Positions 53,734 to 64,000 of a stretch of 64,000 bases of DNA are shown piece after piece. A program made the position numbers and the translations under genes. How positions within the stretch are numbered: the first letter of the stretch is position 1; each line of letters opens with the position of its first letter. The stretch comes from Phoronis australis (taxonomy: Eukaryota; Animalia; Phoronida): assembly GCA_002633005.1 (NCBI GenBank), contig NMRA01000376.1, positions 344,365 to 408,364 of the forward strand, read 5' to 3'. Under the pieces are notes generated by a model. It ran no database searches. It saw only the letters and a program-made list of their open reading frames with translations, and was not told the DNA's origin.

Positions 53734-54611
53734 TGGTCATGGTAACATCTTATGTTTTAATCAGCAATCTACTGAGTACCCACATTGCAAATGTCTGCTG
53801 GTATCTGAGACATGATTCTTGACTTAAAACACAAGATTTATTTCTATTATAGCTTTCGATAATTGTGTTAATTTGAAGTTTAAGTAAGTTTTGTAATAGT
53901 CAAGCAAAAGTAAAAGCAGAGTGGGTCCTTTGTTCAACATCCCCCAAATGTCTTAAGGCCAAATAACAATTATCAGAATTACCTCATTATGCTAATATAT
54001 GGAACAATTGTGATCAAGAAGGGAAACTCGAGACATGTTCTCATACCCTGCTCTATTTAAATTACACAACATTAATACATTCTAAAAATGATAGACTGCA
54101 TATATTTGTAAAAAAAGGGTACTCAACAAATTTATCTACCAGTAGTTCAATCTAAGTGCAAAAGTTGAGAAGATAATGATTCTAAGGATAGAAGATAGGC
54201 TCCTTTGCGTAAGTCATGCCTTTTTATTTCTCACAACATCAACGGTACCAGTACAAATCAAAAATGGTGATCGCATTGTACAATTTAAACAACATACAGG
54301 TAAGTAACGAGAGTATTTCACCTGCAGCATATTAAAAGAATGGAGGAAAACAAACAATTTTCAAAAGACTGAAGTTACAATTACAGAAGTGTAAATGAAA
54401 GTTTGAATATTTTTAGGAAAACAATAATCAATACATAATTATTAGCATGTTTTGAACTCTAGACCAACAACCAAACACATGTGATAGTTTTTTAGCATTT
54501 GCAGCACAGCAGCAGGAATTTGCAAAAATAGAAAAATAAGAATTTTGCAATTAATTATACCAAATGAAGCAGGCGAACTTGAAACACCTTCTCTCCATAG
54601 AACAAGTATAT

Positions 54612-54748
54612 TTTACTGTATAACATATTATTACATTACACTCTATTTTAATGCATTTAATTGTATTGCAATGTATTGTGTTATATTCCAATGTATTACA
54701 CAGCATTGTTTGTATTGCATCACACTCTATTGTATTATATCATGTTAT
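54612..54748. repeat. Degenerate (TATTG/TATTA)n low-complexity tract
   Basis: Roughly 5-bp periodicity of ATTG/ATTA. Confidence 0.6.
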
Positions 54749-56483
54749 ATGTCAAACTGTTTGAAAGCAGTGTTCTCACTGAAAAAGTTACCAACATTTT
54801 TTAAAATGCAATATTCAATAAAAGTTAGAAATAACTGTTGACTATCATGAGAACTGAATAGTCACACCTGGCACAAGTGATTGACAGTCCACTTAACACA
54901 CCTGGCCAACAGTACATGTCAATAAGAAAAATAAATAGCAGAGGAAAAACACTCAACTAGCCACAAGATAACTGCAAGAATAACACAGAAAATTAATTAC
55001 CGCAGGTTGGTGCGAATAAATAAACTAGATAGCCCATTAAACTGATTAGAAATAAAATGCTGTAGCCAATAAAGTGTTTGGATTTAATTACAGGGGTCAT
55101 CATCACCAGCACTGTGTACCCAACTGACCGGGCCACTAGCTGCGACTGACAGCATAATCCCTTCCAGATTTAGAGGAGCACAAGTGGTGGTCAGTGCCTA
55201 CAAAGGATGATAGCTTTAAATTGGCTTGCTGGGACACGTGTGATCTAGCTGGACGGTGTACTAACGCGTGTATGGAACACAGACGAATGGTAACTAGCTT
55301 CATTGGACGATAGGTAACGGGTGCGACTGGATACACTGGCTGAATCAATAACAGCGGAACGGATTAACGAAATGTTGTTACTTTTAATGTAAAGCAATGT
55401 GAAAGCTGTTACTTTCCATTGGGTTATAATGCAAAAAATTATTTTGATCTCGGAGTTTTAATATATTACAAATTAGCTGATTGTGATTATTAGCATTCCG
55501 TAATTTAGGATCAATAACTGATGAAAAATGCTCAATGCTGAAAATACAGGAGTATGAAAAGCCTAAAAAATTGCACTGGTACTATCAAGATTTAATAGAC
55601 TCCTAGTCAACTGCTTACCACACAAATGTACAGAAACTTTAAACTTTATAAAAGCTAATTTACATACTGTTTGACATAAAGTGCTTACCGATTACCAAAT
55701 AGTAAAAACAACGTCAACATCCACAAAAACATTCGCTTATAACACTGCACATTACAATCAAGAATTAAATTTTTCAAAAAAAAAACCAAAGCAACGCAGG
55801 GAATGTTATAAAAGTAGACGGTAACTGACCATCACAGATACCAGGTGACCGCAGTAATTACCCCGTGAACATGTACATGAAGTATAGACACATGTCTAAA
55901 CACACTGGTCCAGGTAAACTGTTGCAGTGTATGTGTTTACTCAACACTAATATGTTGGAGGCGGGACACTGCAGCAGGGGGCTGTATATAGATAGACTTC
56001 ATCAGACCAACGAGTATGACACCACACATGGTAGATCGACTACTTGCTAGATGGACTACGGGGATGCGTAGTGAGATATCTAAACCAGTGTTCTAAGGAT
56101 AGTAGAGTTATGATTAATTACAAGGTATAATTAATGTAATTAAGAAATCCTTTATGCTACGCAGATGCTATTATGTAACATTACATTCTATACAAGGACA
56201 CCAAAGATCTAAGAGTACAATTATTCCTAAATATTTGAGAGAAATATTTTTACACAATAAAAGTACAGTATATTTACATGCAGATATTTACCATAATGTA
56301 CCAGACAATTCACAATATTGTCATAATACAATACATTTCACATCTTGACGTTGTTTCGGTATAACCATGGTGATATTCTTACGGTGTGGTAGTATTGCAC
56401 GCATGTTTAATATCTACTTGCAGAGGTCATCAATGGTCTATGTAAAGATATGTGTATCCTTTACACCATGACTAGAGGAATAT

Positions 56484-56639
56484 CCAGCGCTGGGTTGCAT
56501 AAACTTCAAAATAATCCGCTGGATAAGTTTGATTGTTACACGACATCACGTGCATTGTTCAACAATAACAACGTGGTGCGTGATAATGTGACGTCATTGT
56601 TGCTATGCAGCGTATAACTTTTATGCAACTGGGCCATGG
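56484..56639. mobile_element. About 155-bp MITE-like element
   Basis: Subterminal inverted GTTGCATAAA / TTTATGCAAC with CCA...TGG ends. Confidence 0.5.
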
Positions 56640-57165
56640 TTTGCAGTTTGAGTTTTGGGTAATGAGCAAGAAGAAAGTGGAGTACACTACAGTCTATGAA
56701 GTTATCATTTACTAAGCAGACTAATTTCCCAAAATATATTCAACAAATAAAATAAAAATGAAAGTTTTGACCAACTGAAACAAGCTAACAAGTCACCTGT
56801 GAAGGAGCTTATTTTGCATCCCATTAAGTCAGCAAGGGAAATTCAATAGGTAGCGCTAGTGCAGATAGGGACCCCATAGAAATGCCTGCAATCAGGATAT
56901 CGTGTGGAATCCTCAAAGCATGAACAATCCCATGCTCATGAAGTGCTCTCTGCTCTCAATCTGTTTTATGATGAAAAGAAGCACGTTTGTTCATTAGCAA
57001 CACCTAGTGAATATCAAGTCTCCCATTAACAAAACACGAACACACATTATACAAAGCCTCATACACTGGTGTGTTTAGCTGTGTCCAAAGGGGGGCTGGA
57101 CCTCAAGCCCCCCAACCAAAAAAGTCGCCGAGGCCACGCCACAAAAAGTAAAATAGACAACTTAC

Positions 57166-57168
57166 CCC
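57166..57168 (-). CDS. Sowah: Sowah 3-nt microexon GGG (Gly)
   Basis: tcaacag|GGG|gtaagt. Supplies the consensus Gly of the ankyrin G-x-TALH motif. TTTCATGT and a pyrimidine tract lie upstream. Confidence 0.78.
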
Positions 57169-59972
57169 CTGTTGATTCCAATGTACAGCGACGACATGAA
57201 AAGAGAAAAACGAAACACATGAGACAATGATGGAAATCTTTGGACGTACAGTTCTTCCCTAAATCATGGTATACCACAATTCATTCTGTCAAATTTCTTG
57301 ATGAGCACAAAATATGAAATCTCTACTTCATTGTTAGTATGATTTGCATACAGCTGTGATTCAACACCCCTTGGTAGAATGTCAATAACTTGTAACAATG
57401 TAGCACGTTGAAAGTTAATAAAATTAAAGCCTAACTTCAACGGAGTTTTGTTTAGATGTATTGGGCTAACCAGATAGTCCTAGCAAAGCCTTAGCAAAAT
57501 AAGAAAACGCGAGTTTAATCAATCAAATGTAGGCACATCAAATGATAGGTGAAGTTGCCTTTTCGTGCCATATTAAGTCACCGCCAAAACTCAGCAGAAA
57601 AAACAAATGGCCGATAACAATTGTATTGAACAGGGGAGTGAATAGAACACCATCGCATGCGGATGTTATTCACAGCTGTTTGAATTAAAAGGTGATTCTC
57701 ATGGTGACGTAGACAAAAGCAAGCCAACAAGTCTAACAATTCATTACATTTGCCAATTTATGGCACAAGTGGGCTCAGTGCGATGCTCGGCTGAAACTCT
57801 AGTAACCAAATTTACATGAGTTACCGTTCAAGATAAGAAAATAGTTGTGTTAGTAAACTAACTAGAAAAGTCTAGTGTGGAACAATAAGAACGCTGACTG
57901 ACAATTTTTAAATTGCATTAAAATGCTTTTCAGCTCATGCAGGTTTCCAAAACGGATAAAAAAACAAACTGAAAATCTCAAACAAGATCGAGAAGCAAAC
58001 TGACCAAAACATTCTGAAGCGTTACAGTAAAAGGGGAAAAGCTTCATCATGTCAAAAAAGACATAAAATTAACCATGAATTGTTTTTAAAATGTTCCACT
58101 TTTGTACAAGGGGTTGTCAAAAATAGGACTTCGTGAAAAATCAAAACTTGAACAAAACAAAAACAAAATTATCATTTGGAAAACTGTAACTACATCATTT
58201 TTCAGATTTCATCTTAGAACATTTCTATTCACTGAAATTTGGTCATGTTGTTGGTACTCTTGTTTTGCTGTGAATATACCTTACATTTTTTGCTAAATTT
58301 TACTAAAAACACATGCCTTGGTCAAATGACACAATGAATGGTGTACTGGTAAAATATAAAAAATCAAATTCTACAGGCCTTCTACTTTCAAAGAATATAT
58401 ACTTTTGCAGAATTAAAACCCATAATTTTGCAAATATTTGGCTAAATACAGGTTTGCAAATAAGGTCCTGCATGACCATAACGCGTTAAAATATCATAAA
58501 AATGAATGGCAGGAGGCAGACTAGGTTGCCAGGGTATTTCAAATTTACAGGCAGCATAACCGATGTTTGACATCATCTACCCTATAACTCAATCTTTCAC
58601 TTCGCGCCGTAATTCTTAGCATCAATCGAACGGTTCTTCAAAGATATTTTAGCGAGGAAAATCAAACAACTCTCAAGGGACGTCACTCTATACACTACAG
58701 TGAAGCATGCCACGTCTTACAAGACAACCCGACATGACCCATGGAGCAAGCAGGGGCCTCCAAGGGCACCGAGTGATTGAATGTTTACACAGAATAGACA
58801 GACGCAAGTTATCTCAGAACACCGATAGAGTATGAAAGCATGAAACTCCCATGTGATTCAAAAATCATATTTAGTGTAAGTGAACTTAAAAACTTTATTT
58901 TTTTTACAACAGATTGCAGTCTTCATTTACAACTTGACATTGCACGGACTCATAATTGCCTCAACTTTGTTATATCCAACAGCCAAAACTGAAAATGCTC
59001 GATTTAAAGAGTGCAGAGCGACAGACCAAATGTGCAATTTGAAAGGATGTGCAGCTTTTAAATAAATGTAAATTCTAAAGGGGTGACAAAAATTCTTGAA
59101 CTACTAACTGTACTCAAAATTGAAAAATACGTTCAATGTTCACTTTAAATTAGAAAAAATCAAGAACAACATGGAAGATGGACGAAAGACTATTAGCTTC
59201 ATGTTGAAAATCAGAATTGGTCTCTTTCATAAAAAGTTGTATTTTCACATGACAAATATAAAACATTTCGATATTCAGTACTACCATCGGGACTTCATTA
59301 TCGTTAACACGTGTAGTGATCTGAAAAACACATATTTCCACAGAACGACAAGACAAACTATAACTACAAGCCAACAACACAGGGAATTGATGTACCGCAG
59401 TTACACATGAATGTAAATGGAGTAATTTGATTATGCACCACAGGGAGGTGCTCCACACAGTCAGACATAAATAGGGACACAAAGAGATATCAGTTTAATT
59501 TGGGATTTGATACGCTGTACGATTTTGTCACACTACATTACATGCAAGACAAGTCTAAATACATTTGGCATCAATTAGACATGTTGTAAGATGTCAATTT
59601 TGTCTTTTACTGAAGAAAACTCCCGCAGGCAAAAGATGGGCCAACTTCCGCAACGACTTACAATAAAATGCAAATTTCATAAGCTAACCTTCCTTAATAA
59701 TAATTTTCATCACTCAATTGCATTTATGCAATACTTCAAGAAGGGACCACACTGGTAATTAAAACTAACTAGTAGGCAACTTGAGATATACTTTAATGAA
59801 AGAATTTCTTGAAGATGGAAGAAAACGTGAAAACAAAACACAGAAATTCTGCCATTTTAACTGACATTAGGATGATTGAAAATGTAAAGACCACCAGAGA
59901 GAAGTGAATATATCTGTTCTGTGACGATGATTCAATCAATCTCTAAGTGGTACAAGATGATGATTGTCTTAC

Positions 59973-59984
59973 CGTTATTATGTC
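59973..59984 (-). CDS. Sowah: Sowah 12-nt microexon (DIIT)
   Basis: ttgttttctttttcag|GACATAATAACG|gtaaga. Supplies the D-hydrophobic-x-T/S segment expected between LAKKK and GxTALHW. Confidence 0.85.
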
Positions 59985-60646
59985 CTGAAAAAGAAAACAA
60001 AAATATGTGTAAAGTCAAAGTCATCTTTGTATTGTGTACTGTAACTTAGCTAATTATATGAACAGAATCTGAAATGGCTTCACTCCAATGTACAACCAGT
60101 TATGAAAAAGAAGCACAGCTGCCCACTACATGATCAATTTCTCCCACAGATGTCACTGCCTACACAAAACAACCGAGTTCTTACCCAAGACAATAGGTGT
60201 CACTATCTAGCAGAACCTTGCCTCACATCTAGCTTCCATTAGCATTTGAGTCTGTTAGACATACCCGACTACAGTTTCTCCATTGGTCAATTATGGATGA
60301 GGTCAACCAATGCTTTTAAACCAACTGAACATAGAAACCATGCTTTTACATCCTTAATTGGCGTGAACTGAATCGTAATCCAGATGATAAATGCAAGTTG
60401 TGATCACAATGCCTAGTGCTCACAATGTCACTCGAGCAGAACACTTTCAGCTTTTCAGTATAACTGTGTTTTTATTTCCTTATCTCATAAACGGTGTCCA
60501 GCCAGAAAACATGTGCAATAGACATCACTGAGGAATAATTGATTAAATATTTGTCTCCAAAATTTACAGAAAATGAGTGAAATAAGAGATAATTTGTAAT
60601 GTTGAAACAAGAATACAAATCAGATGGTAACTCAGCATGGTAAAAT

Positions 60647-61067
60647 CAGGGCTTGGAATGACCAATGACAAAAAACGCCGAAACTTTGAAACTTTTACGG
60701 CCCAAATCATGCCCGATAACCAGCCTTGAAATGGTCAATGTGAACCTTTCCCCGACGACAAAAATCGTGAGGNNNNNNNNNNNNNNNNNNNNNNNNNNNN
60801 NNNNNNTAACACGAGACGCCATTGAAAATCCCACCACGCTGTCCCAGATGCCCCGGCAATGTTGACAATTTATGTTCCTCCAAAACATAAAGAGCAACTT
60901 CCGCTTTTCGAGGTGAACGTCGTCTGCAACGCCGCGGTAAGAAAGGAATTTGCCGCGGAAATTTTATATCAAATCCAATTTCTTTACGCAGAAATATTAT
61001 AAAAAAAGCGGAAACCACATTTGAAAAAAGCGGAAATCCGCGTTTCCGCGGAAAATTCCAAGCCCTG
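60647..61067. mobile_element. Non-autonomous TIR DNA transposon (contains an N gap)
   Basis: Perfect 13-bp TIRs CAGGGCTTGGAAT / ATTCCAAGCCCTG, TAAAAT on both flanks, and subterminal GCGGAAA repeats. Confidence 0.88.
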
Positions 61068-61430
61068 TAAAATGTGACCAAATGGCCTTGTTTTCAAGAT
61101 GTTCACTAGACTGTAAATGCTAACGCATACTGGATGTGAAACATTACAGCTTAGAAAGAAATGGCACTTGTCTTCAACAACATTGGGGCATAAGGGCCGC
61201 ACTCCGTTTGCCTTATCCAAATTCAAGTACCTGCCTACTTCAATCATGAGACTGTGGCTAAAACAACGAGGAATTGAAAAAGCAATTCTTTTAATTTGTG
61301 AAAGCTCAGATATTCAACACATTCATGAATTGGTTACTTTTCAAGGATATTGTAGGCTCGAATGTAAAACACAATCATATTGCATATGATAATTTTAACA
61401 GTAAGACAGTATATGAACAACAACTCAAAC

Positions 61431-61532
61431 CTTTTTCTTTGCCAGTTGAGGATTTGTCAGGAGTATTTTGGCGATAGGGTGATAGTCAGACGTCGATGCA
61501 AGAATCATCCATTGTCTCTCCTCGGGCATCAA
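61431..61532 (-). CDS. Sowah: Sowah exon (LMPEERQWMILASTSDYHPIAKILLTNPQLAKKK)
   Basis: TGTTTCAG acceptor, AAG|GTTTGA donor, 102 nt, phase 0-0. Matches the Sowah pre-ankyrin helix L.P.E+.W....A..DY..+..LL..NP.LA.+K. Confidence 0.9.
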
Positions 61533-61649
61533 CTGAAACAAATTTGTGTGATTCTACAACATAATTAAACGTCTTCAGATAAACATGTTGGTCAACCAAT
61601 AGGGATACAGGATTGTAAAAGTTATACTGAACGCTTTGTCAGTGGGTCA

Positions 61650-61850
61650 AAAATGGCCAACTTCAAAGTAAGATAAAATAAGGACGAAATGATTTATTAA
61701 ACAAAAAATAACTCATGTGAGCATCATTCCAACCACAATATAATCAACGAAAAAAGTGTTAACTTGCTTTGTTTCAAAACTCAATTTCGTGTGACTGCGC
61801 AAAATCAAATCAAAACATTTTACACTCACCGTTGTGTGAAGTTTAATGTT
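61650..61850 (+). repeat. Interspersed repeat, paired with 36045-36230
   Basis: Same shared blocks as the 36045 copy. Confidence 0.7.
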
Positions 61851-63907
61851 CCAAAACATTTGACACTAACCATTGTGTGACACGGGATTCTCCACAACAT
61901 AGCTCAATACAACAGTAAAGCGACTACAAACCTACCTACAAAACTACCTTCAACCATGAAACTAACTTTTCATTTAAACCATTTAACGTTAGGAAACTGG
62001 TCTAAAATTATTCATTAGTCAAATTGGAGATGATTTCAGGGATTTGACGGAATCGACAATTTGTTATTGGAAGAGACCAAGCTCTATAAATTGGCTTATC
62101 ATAGCGTGTCATGTGAAAAGCATGGTCTGTTGGAATAGTCAACTATCAGTTCTTTACAATCCCGGGAATCGCTTCTCGTCTAAGTAAGGAATGTGGGTTT
62201 ATTACCACTTTAAGTGTCAATCAGGGAAAATGGTAAAACTTCAAGATAATTATGCACAACAAGCAAGAAGAGCCATTGTCATATTTCTTTTTTCATAATT
62301 TGCATTAGTCGCAGCAAAACGATATTGACATCCTCAACATCGCAAAGGCCTCATCTTCAACCTAAGGAGAATTTCTGATAGTAATCCACAGGGCGCATAT
62401 TTGGAAAAAGGAATCATTCTATCTTTTTCATAGGCTTACCTCAAATAAATGCCTGTGCAAACTTTTAGAAACAAGGGGTGCATTAACAGAAAATGTGTCA
62501 GCAACATCAACTTTGATAAGGAATGAGAACCATTGGTACCATTGCTCAAGTTTATTTTGTAGACAAAAACGAGCTCAAAAAACTATGTCCTACTTCTCAT
62601 AAAGACTCATTTTCATTTTGACAATTGCTGACGCTCGGTGACAGTTAAAGTAAATTTTAGTTGTGGTTCCAAAAGTAAGCTCTTCAAGTGATACCCAGGC
62701 ATTTCTTGAAACAGGCCTCCTAAAACGGCGAAGGGGTTGTATAACAGCATGAATTACGTGATAGTTAACGAACTTAGAGATTAATCTGAGAGCAAATTAT
62801 GAAAGTCTTATTAACTCCTGATGAAAACCAAAAACCGACTGACAGAAATGGCAAGAGTATAAAACAGAAATAATAAAATAAACTTGTAAATAATCAAAAT
62901 TCAAATCTTAAAACTATTAAACGCTTTCTATATTCCCATCCCAGAATTGAAAAAATATCACATCTTTTGGATGAGATGTAGACATGAATATTCTCATATG
63001 CTGCCATCTATTGACAAACAAACCAAACAAACTACTAAAGCATCATGGAAACTTGAGTTTGCTGCCCTGTTGATGCATTGATATCTTTGAAATGACCTAG
63101 TAACCTGATGATTATTGCATGTCATGATGTAAGAGTGTAAAGTTTGTTTATTCTATGTCAATACATAGCATTCATTCTACAATTGAGATGATTTAGTGTC
63201 TCATAACAAATATCACTGCTCCCTTGGTGTATGTGAACTCTTCAAGAAAGAAAGAACACTGATAGTTCTCAGATTATAGCTTTTAATGTTTTTATTCAAA
63301 CTTGATGTTAATAGATAAGCAACACCGAACTTTTTTGACATCAACAGTTGCTTTTGCTCCCAAAAAGCATGCAGGGTGATGGATACTATTGGAAATCCCC
63401 AGTAGCGATACCTTTTCAACTTTCTCTACTGAATAATTGTGAGTATCAGAAAAATTCCTGGAAACACGAAAAATACAGTGAAAAGTCACTTATCAAGCAT
63501 TAATTTGCTTTTAATTACAGGGTTTATCATTTATTGGCCACGTCATTTTCTTCAGGTTCTACCATATTTAAGCATTCATAGCCAACATTTTGCATTAAGA
63601 ACTACAGGGGAAGGGGTTATTCCCATTATAAGAGGTTAATACCAGTATGGCAAACATTACAAAGTACAAGTGAAGTTAAAGCTTGTTGCCACTAACGCCA
63701 GTATTAACCGAAACCTATTGTCCAGAAATAAAAGCATCATGACTCTATGTTGTTTACGATACGTGTTCACACTATATGTAGCACATCTAATTTGAAATGA
63801 ATGAAGCGCAGGTCACCTCGTAACCTTTACGAACACTTCTTTATAATGACTAACAAATCTAATACCACACAGCTTGTTCAATTTCAACAATACCCATGAT
63901 CACTTAC

Positions 63908-63955
63908 CCCGTAAGATCCAGTGTCATCATCTTCATTCCTTCCATTGGCTCCATA
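63908..63955 (-). CDS. Sowah: Sowah internal exon (YGANGRNEDDDTGSYG); upstream exons lie beyond the window
   Basis: TTTATTTTAG acceptor, GGG|GTAAGT donor, 48 nt. Encodes an acidic stretch that precedes the ankyrin region and is in phase with the next exon. Confidence 0.75.
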
Positions 63956-64000
63956 CTAAAATAAAGAATTTGCACTGTGAAGTAATTATTTGAACGAATA

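Noticed and set aside
62411-62450. cag|13 nt|gtaagc candidate microexon
   Set aside because: Not a multiple of three, contains an in-frame TGA, has a weak pyrimidine tract, and is not needed for the protein.
533-63639. Remaining short ORFs in the six-frame track
   Set aside because: No recognisable domains or consistent splice structure. Many overlap repeats, N gaps or the antisense strand of real exons.

Overview
Eukaryotic, AT-rich, intron-rich genomic DNA from a bilaterian invertebrate, with a few assembly gaps. It holds two genes, both on the minus strand. The first is an Iroquois (Irx, TALE-class homeobox) gene with four coding exons (5918-7940); its IRO-box exon was not found in the window. 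The second, about 11 kb upstream and in tandem, is the 3' part of an ankyrin-repeat gene that matches Sosondowah (Sowah), spread over 19045 to beyond 63955. This is the known ancient Sowah-Irx linkage. The main observation is that the two ankyrin beta-hairpin loops of Sowah appear to be built from one 12-nt microexon and four separate single-codon (3-nt) microexons: GGG, ATG, AAT and GGG. Each 3-nt exon has a YAG acceptor and a GTRAGT donor. Each is also preceded by a long AG-free zone containing a shared TTTCATGT element with a pyrimidine tract upstream of it. The Sowah C-terminal region has a cluster of frame-preserving candidate cassette exons. The introns carry DINE-1/HINE-like elements, MITEs, minisatellites and TAAT-dense candidate enhancers. 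Almost all ORFs in the supplied track are spurious. All gene models were read by eye, without expression data.
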